A DNA stretch of 64,000 bases from Candidatus Hydrogenedentota bacterium (GTDB taxonomy: Bacteria > Hydrogenedentota > Hydrogenedentia > Hydrogenedentales > SLHB01), in contig BTVY01000042.1 of assembly GCA_045863335.1 (NCBI GenBank), positions 1-64,000 of the forward strand, in the 5' to 3' direction. The position numbers and the translations under genes were made by a program. Below are positions 1 through 11,870 of the stretch, piece by piece (the stretch's first letter is position 1; every line of letters begins with the position of its first letter). Under the pieces are notes generated by a model that searched no databases, was not told the origin of the DNA, and saw only the letters and a program-made list of their open reading frames with translations.

Positions 1-245
1 GCAACAACGGCTTCGATACACCAAAGGCTATTTACAGAAAGTTCTTGACACGGGCGACGTACTCGGTTTTTCACGCCCTTGACACCCTTGCCGTACAGTT
101 CTATGATTTCTATAGACCAATTCGGATTGGCCGCCGGAAGGTCCTGATGGGGGAATTCGGCCAGTGACGGTGGGGAACTTACCTAAACCCACCTGCGTGA
201 ATCCAATACGCGTTGGATAGAACGCAATGAGATGGGGGACACACG

Positions 246-1214
246 ATGTCACAAAAAACTGACCGCCGCACCTTCGTAAAGAGCGCGCTCACGGCCCCCG
301 CCGCCATGGCCCTCGCCATGCAGTCAGGCGGAAGCGCGGCCATTGCGCAAGACACACCGGCCGCCGCACCGGGTACCCTTCCGCACGGACAAATCGGCGA
401 CATGCAGGTCAGCCGTCTCCTGCTCGGGGGTAATCTCCTGACCCACTTCACCCACAGCCGCGATCTCAAGTATGTCTACAACCTCGCGGCCCATTACAAC
501 ACCGATGAGAAGATCATCGAAACCCTTGCCGTCGCCGAGCAGAACGGCATCAACACGCTCGTCATCCACACCGTACCGCACGTACTCGAAACGCTCCGTA
601 CCTATCGCGTGGACCGGGGCGGCAAGATCCAGTGGATCATCTGCCCGACCGCTCCCGTGGGCAATGATCTCACCGAATACGCCAAGCAGGTCGAAGATCT
701 CGTGAATGACGGTTGCGAAGCCATCTATCTCTGGGGGGTGCATGCGGACAAGCTAGTCTCGGAAGGTCGTTTGGATACGATAGCCCGGCTCGTGGGACTG
801 GCGAAAGAACGCGGCGTTCCCTCCGGCGTCGGCGCGCACGATGCCGCCGTGGTTATGGCCTGTGAAGAACATGGAGTCGAGGCGGACTTCTACATCAAGA
901 CGCTCCACCACCACAAATACGCCACCGGACCCAAGCCCCACGAATTGACCGCGCCCTACTGCGAGATTCCGGGCTATTGGTGCCGCGATCCCCAGGAGAT
1001 CATCGCGTTCATGGAAACGGTCGAAAAACCATGGATCGCCTTCAAGGTCATGGCCGCGGGCGCCATCCCTCCGGCGAGCGCCTTCCAGTACGCCTTCAAC
1101 AATGGCGCCGACCATGTCCTCGCCGGTATGTTTGATTTCGAGATTGCCGAAGACGCCGGCATCATCCGCGACGTCCTCGCCAGCGTGGACCGCAAGCGTC
1201 CGTGGCGAAGCTGA
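246..1214 (+). CDS. Tat-exported aldo/keto-reductase-like (TIM barrel) protein
   Basis: TDRRTFVK twin-arginine signal; VSRLLLGGN and KPWIAFKVMAAG resemble AKR-fold motifs. Confidence 0.6.
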   Translation: MSQKTDRRTFVKSALTAPAAMALAMQSGGSAAIAQDTPAAAPGTLPHGQIGDMQVSRLLLGGNLLTHFTHSRDLKYVYNLAAHYNTDEKIIETLAVAEQNGINTLVIHTVPHVLETLRTYRVDRGGKIQWIICPTAPVGNDLTEYAKQVEDLVNDGCEAIYLWGVHADKLVSEGRLDTIARLVGLAKERGVPSGVGAHDAAVVMACEEHGVEADFYIKTLHHHKYATGPKPHELTAPYCEIPGYWCRDPQEIIAFMETVEKPWIAFKVMAAGAIPPASAFQYAFNNGADHVLAGMFDFEIAEDAGIIRDVLASVDRKRPWRS

Positions 1215-2086
1215 TCGTTTTACTCGCGTGCATGGTCGTACTCGCGCCTGTCGTCCTTCCCGACGACGCGGGCGCGCCGCCCTTCTTCGCCTTCTGCATG
1301 GACACCCACGACAGCGCGAAGCGCTCGCTCGAAGAGCAAGCCGCGCTGCTCCAGGAACTCGGCTACGATGGCGCCGGCCACCTCTGGCTGGACGACGTGG
1401 ACCAACGCATCGCAACGCTCGACGCCCATGGCTTAACGCTGTTCCAAGTCTACCTGCGCGTCAACATCGCTCCTGATGCGACCGAACCCTACGACCCCCG
1501 TCTCAAGGATGTCCTGCCCGCGCTGAACGGCCGCGGCACCATGCTCGCCCTCTTGGTCAGTGGAGGTCCTCCATCCGATCCAACCGGCGACGCGCGGGCC
1601 GTCGAACTCGTCCGCGAGATCGCCGATCTGGCAGCAGCGTCAGGCGTTCGCGTCGCACTCTATCCCCACGCCGGAGACTGGCTGGAGCGCGTCGAAGACG
1701 CCATCCGCGTGGTCCAAAAAGTCGACCGGCCAAACGTGGGTCTCATGTTCAATCTATGCCACTGGCTCAAGGTAGACAACGAAGAAAACCTGAAGCCGCT
1801 GCTGACCGCCGCGATGCCCTACCTGTTCGCCGTCAGCATCCACGGCGCCGACCGCGCCGAAGCAATCCACGCCGGCACTGGCAACTGGATCCAACCCCTC
1901 GACAGCGGCACCTTCGACATCGGTGCCTTCCTCAATACCCTGCGCGAACTCGGCTATCGCGGTCCCATCGGTCTCCAATGCTACGGCCTCCCCGGCGACG
2001 CCCGCGACCACCTCACCCGATCCATCACCGCCTGGCGCACCATCACCGCCCCCGTTGCATCCTCCGCCGCAACCGATACCCCCTGA
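1202..2086 (+). CDS. Sugar phosphate isomerase/epimerase family (xylose isomerase-like TIM barrel), secreted
   Basis: Signal peptide; LQELGYDG, VALYPH, NVGLMFNLCH, LRELGYRGPIGLQ motifs; overlaps upstream stop. Confidence 0.75.
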   Translation: MAKLIVLLACMVVLAPVVLPDDAGAPPFFAFCMDTHDSAKRSLEEQAALLQELGYDGAGHLWLDDVDQRIATLDAHGLTLFQVYLRVNIAPDATEPYDPRLKDVLPALNGRGTMLALLVSGGPPSDPTGDARAVELVREIADLAAASGVRVALYPHAGDWLERVEDAIRVVQKVDRPNVGLMFNLCHWLKVDNEENLKPLLTAAMPYLFAVSIHGADRAEAIHAGTGNWIQPLDSGTFDIGAFLNTLRELGYRGPIGLQCYGLPGDARDHLTRSITAWRTITAPVASSAATDTP

Positions 2087-2130
2087 ATTCACCACGCAAT
2101 CCAAGCAATCCTGCTCCCGCCTCATCCCCG

Positions 2131-2256
2131 TCCGTGTAAGTCCGCGTAAGTCCGTGTAAGTCCGTGCAAGTCCGTGCAAGTCCGTGCAAGTCCGTGTAAG
2201 TCCGTGTAAGTCCGTGTATGTCCGTGTATGTCCGTGTATGTCCGTGTATGTCCGTG
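2131..2256. repeat. Tandem 10-mer array (TCCGTGTAAG/TCCGTGCAAG/TCCGTGTATG), about 12.5 units
   Basis: Directly visible; variants occur in blocks. Confidence 0.97.
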
Positions 2257-2260
2257 GTCC

Positions 2261-2300
2261 AATCCGCAATCCGCAATCCGCAATCCGCAATCCGCAATTC
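2261..2300. repeat. Tandem 7-mer AATCCGC x5
   Basis: Directly visible; related copy at ~10745-10778. Confidence 0.95.
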
Positions 2301-2301
2301 C

Positions 2302-3216
2302 CTACTCCCCCCGGGCCCCCGCCGCGATCCACATCCGGATCGCATGCAATTCTTCCTCCGCCAATTCCTCCCCGTCCTTCGGCATCTTCGGCTCATAGAT
2401 CCCCCGAATATGAAACACCATCGGACTATTATCCGGCGCCCCCGGAATCACCGCCGGCCCCGCATAATCTCCCCCCGCAAGGATTCCCGCGTGGCTGCTG
2501 AGATCAAGCCCGGCTTCAGGGTCATCCCCGCCGTGACACTCCACACACCAGCTTTCCAGGATCGGCATGATATCCTTCGCGAACAAGATCCCCGCCGCCG
2601 CAGCGGGATCGATCGGCAGCGTCTTCGGTGTGTAAATGGCATTCAACGATTCGTCGTTCACCGGCGCCACCGCTGGCGCAATCGCCGCGGCCGATACCAC
2701 ATAGCCCCCGACCACCGGCGTCGCACCCGACACGCCATCCGCGCCCATCACCGGCGTCCCAATCCCATACCCATACACCAAACGCCCGCCGCTGGACCCC
2801 GCAAACAACACCGTGGCGGCTACCGCAAAGCCGCACACCCCGGCGAGCCCCGCCACGTAAGGTCCGGCTGTGCGCGTTCCAAAATGACTGGCGAAAAAGA
2901 GAACCGACGTAGCAAACCCGATCGCGGCGGCCGCGTATCCCAATATCCGATGCTGGCTCACGACCGCTTCGATCTCGGCGCTCCCAAGCGCCACCAGTCC
3001 CGACGCCGCATGATTGCCCGCCATGGACGCGGCCAACCCCGCCAGTCCCGCGACGAGAAAATACGCGCCCGTGAACAAGCGTATGCCGGGCCATTTCTTG
3101 GGCGCGGCGATTGCAAGAAGAATCAATGGAATGCCAAGCAGCCCCAGGCTAATCGGCAAATGCGAAGAGGCCGCATGCAACGCATGGGGCGACTCCAGAA
3201 CTCGCGTCAAGTCCAT
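2302..3216 (-). CDS. DUF2231-like membrane domain fused to planctomycete-type cytochrome c domain
   Basis: HAASSHLPI motif and several TM helices; C-terminal FAKDIMPILESWCVECHG (CxxCH) and AVIPGAPDNS...MP motifs. Confidence 0.8.
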   Translation of the reverse strand: MDLTRVLESPHALHAASSHLPISLGLLGIPLILLAIAAPKKWPGIRLFTGAYFLVAGLAGLAASMAGNHAASGLVALGSAEIEAVVSQHRILGYAAAAIGFATSVLFFASHFGTRTAGPYVAGLAGVCGFAVAATVLFAGSSGGRLVYGYGIGTPVMGADGVSGATPVVGGYVVSAAAIAPAVAPVNDESLNAIYTPKTLPIDPAAAAGILFAKDIMPILESWCVECHGGDDPEAGLDLSSHAGILAGGDYAGPAVIPGAPDNSPMVFHIRGIYEPKMPKDGEELAEEELHAIRMWIAAGARGE

Positions 3217-3403
3217 ACGAAAACCTTCAAGCGGGGGAAGGCCATAAGCAAGGGGGGGAGGCGCCATCCGCCGAAGCGAATACCTGCCACCGAATCATTG
3301 GAACAGAACGCCAACCGCGGATTCAATTGCGATTGACCAGATGCAACTGACCGGGTGAACACGCAACCCGGCGCACTTCTCCAACACCAAGCGCAACACC
3401 ACC

Positions 3404-3505
3404 CCGCCGCCCTCGCGCACGCGGGGGCCCATCTTCTTTGTGGCGCAGACAAACCACGAACCCGCACCATCCCCGTCACCCTCGCGAAAGCGGGGGTCCA
3501 TCTTC
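3404..3505. repeat. Two REP-like hairpins (family B: GTCAYCCYCGCG-N3-GCGGGGxxCCATCTT)
   Basis: Copies at ~3404-3436 and 3474-3505; relatives at 10631-10660, 30418-30450, 33838-33870. Confidence 0.8.
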
Positions 3506-3619
3506 TGTACGCCAATCGCGTCTCCACGCAAACACGCAGTTGAACGCTCCTCCATAGAACGATACGCTATGGCCCTGAGTCTTCGTCATGTTCGATAGTC
3601 CGCGAGAATCCTCCGCAAA

Positions 3620-3652
3620 AAGTCCCCCTTAGAAGGGGGATAGGGGGATGTT
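3620..3652. repeat. REP-like element (family C: CCCCCTT-N-RAAGGGGG hairpin + GGGGGATGTTC)
   Basis: Matches copies at 25429, 25822, 28572, 28731, 28890, 29023, 37979. Confidence 0.8.
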
Positions 3653-3675
3653 CCGGAAGGAAGGAATCACACCTC

Positions 3676-4332
3676 ATGAAACCGCTAACGACCTGCATAC
3701 TCGCCCTCGCACTCGCAATGACCCTCGTCTCGTGCCAAACCACCGAAACGGAATCCGTGGCCGTGCAGCAAGACGCCGCGGCCAACGACGCCCCCTGGAC
3801 GCCCCTGCTCAACGGCACAAACCTCGACGGCTGGACGCCCCGCGGCGGCGCCACGTGGAAGTTGGAAGAAGGCGTGCTCATTGGGCAGTCGGAAAACGGC
3901 CAGGGTCATATCTACGCCGGGCCCGAGCTCACGGACCTCGAAGTAAAAGGCGTCTTTCGCATCACCAGCCAGGGTAAGAACGCCAACAGTGGACTCTACT
4001 TCCGCGCCAACCCGCCCGCCGACAATCCCGACGATTATCCCCGCGGCTACGAAGCGCAGATTTGCAACACCCACGATGCCTACACCGGCTGGTTGTGGAA
4101 ACCCGGCACGCCCGTGGGCAAAGCTTCCGAGTTGTTGACGAAGGACGGCGAGTGGTTCTCCATGCGCGTCAAAGCCGTTGGTGACACGGTACAGATCTGG
4201 GTGAACGACCAGTTGGTCATGACCCATCAAGACAGCGAATACGACAAAGGCTACTTCGCGATCCAGTGCCACAACCCCGGCATGACCGTCGAAGCGAAAG
4301 AACTCTATTACCGCGACTTGAGCGGCATGTAA
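3676..4332 (+). CDS. DUF1080 (3-keto-disaccharide hydrolase-like) lipoprotein
   Basis: Lipobox LVSC; LLNGTNLDGW, ANSGLYFR, GYEAQI, GYFAIQCH motifs. Confidence 0.9.
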   Translation: MKPLTTCILALALAMTLVSCQTTETESVAVQQDAAANDAPWTPLLNGTNLDGWTPRGGATWKLEEGVLIGQSENGQGHIYAGPELTDLEVKGVFRITSQGKNANSGLYFRANPPADNPDDYPRGYEAQICNTHDAYTGWLWKPGTPVGKASELLTKDGEWFSMRVKAVGDTVQIWVNDQLVMTHQDSEYDKGYFAIQCHNPGMTVEAKELYYRDLSGM

Positions 4333-4353
4333 CAGTCGCGCCAGTATGCATTC

Positions 4354-4381
4354 ACGGGCGGGAGAACATCCCGCCCGTTTC
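4354..4381. terminator. Hairpin between convergent genes, probable (bidirectional) terminator
   Basis: ACGGGCGGGA-gaaca-TCCCGCCCGT followed by TTT. Confidence 0.6.
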
Positions 4382-4385
4382 GGTT

Positions 4386-5282
4386 TCACCCAGCCTGCGC
4401 CGCGATGAAGTCGCGCACCGCGTCCGCTTGTTCCCGATGACCGTCGATGAGCACCGCCGCAAGAATGGAATACCCGTCCAGCTTCTCCTGCTCCACCAAC
4501 TCCGCGATGCCGTCCATTTGTTGTTTCACCATGTCCACCGGAATCGGCGCCACCTTCGTGTAGTCGCGAAGGTACACGCCCATGACGATCGGCTTGTCCG
4601 GGAACAGCGCGCGGCACTCGTCCACGTACTGCGGCATGCGAACGATGTCCTCCGACTTCCAGATCCACAACGTCACCACATCCATGTGCGGCCGCATCGC
4701 CGTCCAGAAATCCGCCTTCTCAAACTCGTGCGTATACACCACCGACCACAACTTCAGCGCGGGACTCATCTCCCGAATCTTCGCGCGAATATCGGCGAAC
4801 TGCTCGGGCCCATATTCAAACCGCTCCATCAATCCCAACAGGTCGTCGCAATACACCCCGCTGATGTTCTTAAACCGCTTCGCCAGTTCCCCGACCTTCG
4901 CGCCTTCCGCCAGCACCGTTCCCGGATCGCTCGTCGCCTGACACACCGGCCGCCCGTTCTCATCCCATACCCAGCCCCACTTGCTGATATCGCAGGTGAC
5001 CTCCTCGTACTCGGAGAGAAGTTCAAGCGCATGAACGTCATTCGGGTGAAACAGATAGTTCGCCCGCGAGAGACCGAAATAACGCGCCCCCTGTCCCAAC
5101 CCATAGATCGACGGCGGTACCCCGGGATCGATTCCCTGGCCTTCCCACACCCAACCAATCTCGCGAAAGCTCGGCTTCCCGTTTGCATGCGGTTTTTGCG
5201 CTTCTGCACCTTGTGCCGCGCTTGCCAATCCAATCGCAGCCCCCGCAACCGACGCCGTCTGAATGAACTCCCGACGATTCAT
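4386..5282 (-). CDS. Tat-exported hypothetical protein (probable TIM barrel)
   Basis: MNRREFIQ Tat signal, GGAGGT RBS upstream. Confidence 0.75.
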   Translation of the reverse strand: MNRREFIQTASVAGAAIGLASAAQGAEAQKPHANGKPSFREIGWVWEGQGIDPGVPPSIYGLGQGARYFGLSRANYLFHPNDVHALELLSEYEEVTCDISKWGWVWDENGRPVCQATSDPGTVLAEGAKVGELAKRFKNISGVYCDDLLGLMERFEYGPEQFADIRAKIREMSPALKLWSVVYTHEFEKADFWTAMRPHMDVVTLWIWKSEDIVRMPQYVDECRALFPDKPIVMGVYLRDYTKVAPIPVDMVKQQMDGIAELVEQEKLDGYSILAAVLIDGHREQADAVRDFIAAQAG

Positions 5283-5312
5283 CGAAACCTCCACTCCAGC
5301 GAAACGACCGCC

Positions 5313-6659
5313 TTAAAACCCCCGCACCACATACGCCTGCAAAACCCCCGACTCGTCGGAATTGAAAAACCCCGTCGTCCCATCCGGCGACAGGAACGGA
5401 TGCATATGCGCGCCCTTCACCCACGAACATTTCGGGTGCGCCACGGTCCGCAGGTTCTGCAACGGACTCTCCCCGGGCGCCCCCAACTCCGCAACGACTA
5501 CGCGCCCTTCCGGATTCATCGGACCTGTGTCGGAGATGATCCGCGTCCCTTCGATGTCCGTCGCGAAATGATAGAAATCCGGCTGCTCCAATTCCCGGCT
5601 CAGATCGTTCCGAATGGCTCCCGGCGTCTCCAATCCGAGATGTCCCTGATCCGCCACGGCTCGCCCCTCGATCAACCGCGCGCTCCGCGGCTCCCGCGTC
5701 CCCGTGCTCGTAATGGCCCACGCACTCCGCCCCCGCCAACACTGGTGCCCCTGACACTGCTCGTTCCCGTCCCGGCCCCACGGCATCGTCCGGAAGTTCG
5801 TCCCGTCATCGCGGATCACATGGATGTCCGCGCCCGCACCGCTTACCAACGTCGTGATCTCGCCTTGCGGATTCGCCTTGTTCCCATGATTCTCTTGAAT
5901 GAGGATGTCGTGGCTCGCCTCCGTGTCCCGCGACCGCGAATACTGCGCGTGCAGATTGCACCACGTCTGCCCTTGCAGGATCAGCTCCACCGTCGCCTTC
6001 GCCACATCGAAGATCATCAGTCCAAACGGCGCGTCCTCCGTCTCGCCATCCCCGAGAAACGCCGACAACGCCAGTCGCTCGCCGTCCGACGAAATGGTGG
6101 AGAGGGGGTAGATATGGCTTGGTCGCATCCCCGTTCCCGGCACGCCATCATCCAGCACCAGGATCGTCTCCCGTTCCGTGCCATCCAGCCGTACCCGCTT
6201 CAGCGTGAGACGCCCGCCGTTCACCTCCGTCTCATTCACGAAGTAATAGAGGTACGCCCCGTCCGGCGTCATCGAAGGCGCCGTCGCGCCGGTCTCCTCC
6301 GTCAACGGCGACAACGAACACCCGTCCTCCATATCGCACAACAGATACCGGTGCTCCGGATCGTTCTTATCGCTCCCATGCGCATGCGCCGACCGGTGCA
6401 ACACAAACCGCTTCGAGTCCGGCGCAAAGATCTGCGCCTCCATATACACATGGCAACTCGGCACCGTCTCCGACGTCAGTTGAAAAACCTCCGTCCCTGC
6501 CGGCGCATCCGGCGCCACCAGATCCGGCCGCGCAATCGCTTTCATACTCGCCGCCCCAGACTCCTGCGCCCTTGCTCTCAGGCCCGGCATCCCCGCCATC
6601 AAACCCAACCCCCCATAGCCCAATCCCCGCAAAAACGTTCTCCGCGTGTGTTTACTCAT
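5313..6659 (-). CDS. Tat-exported oligogalacturonate-lyase-like beta-propeller protein
   Basis: TRRTFLRG Tat signal; HVYMEAQIFAPD and HMHPFLSPDG...FNSD motifs. Confidence 0.7.
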   Translation of the reverse strand: MSKHTRRTFLRGLGYGGLGLMAGMPGLRARAQESGAASMKAIARPDLVAPDAPAGTEVFQLTSETVPSCHVYMEAQIFAPDSKRFVLHRSAHAHGSDKNDPEHRYLLCDMEDGCSLSPLTEETGATAPSMTPDGAYLYYFVNETEVNGGRLTLKRVRLDGTERETILVLDDGVPGTGMRPSHIYPLSTISSDGERLALSAFLGDGETEDAPFGLMIFDVAKATVELILQGQTWCNLHAQYSRSRDTEASHDILIQENHGNKANPQGEITTLVSGAGADIHVIRDDGTNFRTMPWGRDGNEQCQGHQCWRGRSAWAITSTGTREPRSARLIEGRAVADQGHLGLETPGAIRNDLSRELEQPDFYHFATDIEGTRIISDTGPMNPEGRVVVAELGAPGESPLQNLRTVAHPKCSWVKGAHMHPFLSPDGTTGFFNSDESGVLQAYVVRGF

Positions 6660-6935
6660 ACGCGATCCCTCGGCTTCCGTAAGCCCGTGTTTGTATTGGG
6701 TTGTGTCCCAACACAAGACCCGTGTCGCAAGTTTTGTCGCAAGTTACTCTGCGAGGTAGTAGACGAGCTGGTTCGTTGCGCTTTTCCCCTTGTGGCTCCC
6801 ATCTCTTCTGGCGCGTCTGACGCAGCCAGCTTCCGGCAACATATACCATCACCCTCCAACCGCGCAAAGCACGGAAGTGGATACACCCGGAGCACATCCC
6901 GCCGTAGCACTGTCCCAGTGGCATGCATCGGGTTC

Positions 6936-6981
6936 TGAAAACGGTCAGGGCCTGCCCGGAGTCGATACCGGGCAGGCCCTG
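6936..6981 (-). terminator. Intrinsic terminator of katG
   Basis: 14-bp stem CAGGGCCTGCCCGG/CCGGGCAGGCCCTG followed on minus strand by GTTTTC. Confidence 0.8.
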
Positions 6982-7021
6982 CGGATGCGATAGATTGTAA
7001 TCGATGCGCTACGCGCGGCGA

Positions 7022-9205
<2,184 letters not shown>

Positions 9206-9245
9206 TCAGTAACTTCGCCCGCTATTCTTCGTTATAGTTGTAAAT

Positions 9246-9680
9246 TCAACGCATACCCGCATCCGGAACCGCACCGCGACACTCCGGACAGACGCCCCAG
9301 AAAATGACTTCCGCCTCGTCGATCGTGTAGCCCGAGTCGTCCGCCGCATGCAGACACGGCGTTTCGCCCACGGCACAATCCACGTCCTCCACCCGCCCGC
9401 ACACGCGGCAAATCAGGTGGTGGTGATTGTCCCCGACCCGGTCCTCATACCGCGCCGGCGACCCCGCCGGTTGAATGCGCCGGATCAGCCCCTTCTCCGA
9501 CAGAACGCCCAAAGCATCGTACACCCCCTGCCGCGAAATGGCCCCAATCTCCGCCCGCACATCCTCCGCAATGGCATCCGCCGTCCCATGAGGGCGCGCC
9601 GCCACCGCCCGCAGCACTGCCAACCGCTGCGCGGTAACCTGGACCCCGTGGTCGCGAAGATATTGAGCCGGATCGGACAT
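9246..9680 (-). CDS. furA: Fur-family peroxide-responsive regulator (FurA/PerR type)
   Basis: [41 protein letters not shown]; directly upstream of katG. Confidence 0.92.
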   Translation of the reverse strand: MSDPAQYLRDHGVQVTAQRLAVLRAVAARPHGTADAIAEDVRAEIGAISRQGVYDALGVLSEKGLIRRIQPAGSPARYEDRVGDNHHHLICRVCGRVEDVDCAVGETPCLHAADDSGYTIDEAEVIFWGVCPECRGAVPDAGMR

Positions 9681-9718
9681 GAGGGGAGTATACTCTAGAG
9701 TTTGGACTTTGTCAAGTC
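9681..9718 (-). promoter_or_regulatory. Sigma70 promoter of leaderless furA-katG transcript with overlapping palindromic operator
   Basis: Minus strand TTGACA(9715-9710)-17 bp-TATACT(9692-9687)-6 bp-ATG; GACTT-N4-AAGTC palindrome over the -35. Confidence 0.85.
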
Positions 9719-9941
9719 TTTGAGTTATACAAACATTGGCAGGCGTAACCATCCGCCCGCCAATGGATTGGCCGGGTAAGCCCGGCTTCGGTACGCTACG
9801 CTGGGGCAACCCCCTCGTCGCGCGTCAGCTTCTCTGTGGAGTGGGATGGACCGGTTTAGATGGCCTCGGCCACGGCCCGCGCTTTAGAGCCGATCGGGAA
9901 TGCTTCGGGCGGGATTCTCTCCGCGTCCGTCCGCGAAAGTT

Positions 9942-10056
9942 TGTGTCTGTCCCCGTGCATCCGTGTCTGTCCCTGTCTATACGCGTGCATCCGAGTCTGT
10001 CCGTGTCTGTCCGTGTCTGTCCGTGTCTGTCCGTGTCTGTCCGTGTCTGTCCGTGT
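9942..10056. repeat. Tandem 10-mer array (CCGTGTCTGT and variants)
   Basis: Directly visible; same TCCGTG core as 2131-2256. Confidence 0.95.
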
Positions 10057-10261
10057 GCTTTGCAGCCTACCGCCTCCAGCCTCGTCCCTGTCCTGCTCCC
10101 GCCACTCTTTTCTGAGATCGCAAATCTGAAACTCTCAAATCATCACCAGCCCCAACGAACCCACGCCCGGACTCCGCCCGCCATCATCACTCATCATTCA
10201 TCACTCATCATTTTGCCCCACTGCAACACCCTGCCCGATCTCTATAAGGAGATCTCACACC

Positions 10262-11734
10262 ATGCCAACCACCCCCAAACACACTACCCTCGGCACCCCC
10301 TGTGCGCGTTCCTGGACCAACGACTGGATCGCCACCGTCGACGCAACCGAATCCGAACGCAACCACCGCATCTGCGGCGCCCGCCTACCCGACGGCACGC
10401 CTTGTTGCAACGAATCCGGCCACCCATCCGGACGCTGCCCATTCCACGGCGGCTTCGATCTCACCGGCGCGCCCCAAGGCAACCGCAACCACGTCATCCA
10501 CGGACTCTACTCCCGCCGCCTCAGACCCTGCACCCAAACCTGCCCCCACTGGCAAACCTGCCCAGTCGCCAACCGTCATACTCGTCCAGGCGAATTCGGG
10601 AAACACGGAGACCCAGCTACCCACCCAGATCGTCATCCCCGTGAAAACGGGGACCCATCTTCGGACTTCTCCGATCCGACCGATCGATCCGATCCGTCCG
10701 ATTCCTCGCTCCAGACTACAGCCTACAGACTAAAGACTTCTTCCATTCCGCAATCCGCAGCCCGCAATCCGCAATTCCCCACCTGCCCCTACCAACTCGC
10801 CGAATACAACACCGTCCTGACCGACGCCCTCGCCATCGTCGAATCCCAGCCCCACCCCAACCCCATGGGCATCCACACCGCCCACAACGTCGCCACCCTC
10901 CAAGTCCTCGTCAGCACCGCCGCCAGCCAACTCGCGCAGGCCCCTAACCTCTGGACCTCCGAAGACCCCAACCCCGACCACCCAAACCCCACACCCCACA
11001 CCCCAAACCCCAGCATGGTCCTCGCCTTCACCCGCCTCATGCGCGAGTTCAGACACTCCCTGAAACTCCTCCACGCACCGGGGTTGACCCCCTTGAACCG
11101 TCACAATTCCATGGGTGCACCCCCAACCGCCGAAGGCATCCTCCGCCACGCCGAACGTTCCAAACACGACACCGGCCTCGACCCCGATTCCCTCGACGCC
11201 GCCCAACTCCAACCCCAAACGCCCGAGACCCACGCCAAAGCCTTTGTCCAACAGGCTGCGTTAGCCGGAGGACAAGGCCGCGACGTGGAAATGTGCGAAG
11301 CCTTCGACAACGCCGCCCTCCTCGACGAACCCTACGCCGAATCCGAACGCGGCCACGTCTTAGCCAGCTACCGTCCCGCCAGACACAGCGTCTCCGAAGA
11401 ACTCGCCGAAGCCATCCTCGGCCATCTCCACATCGAACCGCCAACATCAAACGGCAAAGGACAACCCATGCCCAACGAACACGCCCCCAACACAACCGCG
11501 CCCAGCAACGGACAAACGTCAACCGATGAACCCGACGACATCCTCCAGTACTACCTCGATCTCATCCGAGACGGAAAAATGCCCCCAGAAGCTTTCCCCA
11601 TCGGCTCCCCATTCCGAGCCCAAGCCGAAACCAAGAACGCAGGTCCACCCACTGCCGCCACGTCGCAGTCTCTCGGCGAAGAAAGGCCAGCGACCCGGGA
11701 GTTCCGCGACAAAGGTGGTCCTGTCCCAGCGTAG
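10262..11734 (+). CDS. HGGxSTG-type Zn-finger protein, putative phage terminase small subunit-like
   Basis: CGARLPDGTPC...GRCPFHGG..TGAPQGNRNHVIHGLYS resembles HGGxSTG / GAPxGNxNAxxHGxY motifs; lies upstream of TerL. Confidence 0.65.
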   Translation: MPTTPKHTTLGTPCARSWTNDWIATVDATESERNHRICGARLPDGTPCCNESGHPSGRCPFHGGFDLTGAPQGNRNHVIHGLYSRRLRPCTQTCPHWQTCPVANRHTRPGEFGKHGDPATHPDRHPRENGDPSSDFSDPTDRSDPSDSSLQTTAYRLKTSSIPQSAARNPQFPTCPYQLAEYNTVLTDALAIVESQPHPNPMGIHTAHNVATLQVLVSTAASQLAQAPNLWTSEDPNPDHPNPTPHTPNPSMVLAFTRLMREFRHSLKLLHAPGLTPLNRHNSMGAPPTAEGILRHAERSKHDTGLDPDSLDAAQLQPQTPETHAKAFVQQAALAGGQGRDVEMCEAFDNAALLDEPYAESERGHVLASYRPARHSVSEELAEAILGHLHIEPPTSNGKGQPMPNEHAPNTTAPSNGQTSTDEPDDILQYYLDLIRDGKMPPEAFPIGSPFRAQAETKNAGPPTAATSQSLGEERPATREFRDKGGPVPA

Positions 11735-11870
11735 TTCTGCCACCCTCAGTCGAGCGATGCGATATGGAACCGCGCCGTGTCCAGTGGTCCCGCTCGTGGC
11801 TTGCTCTGTTGCGACTGCGGCTCGGCTACAATTCTAAACCGCTTAGGAACAGCTAATGTGCACATCGACT

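Noticed and set aside
4266-6938. 890-aa plus-strand ORF and other long antisense ORFs (e.g. 7004-8242, 13312-14712, 14875-16371, 60273-61694)
   Set aside because: Shadow frames of real genes in high-GC DNA; Arg/Pro/His-rich without motifs
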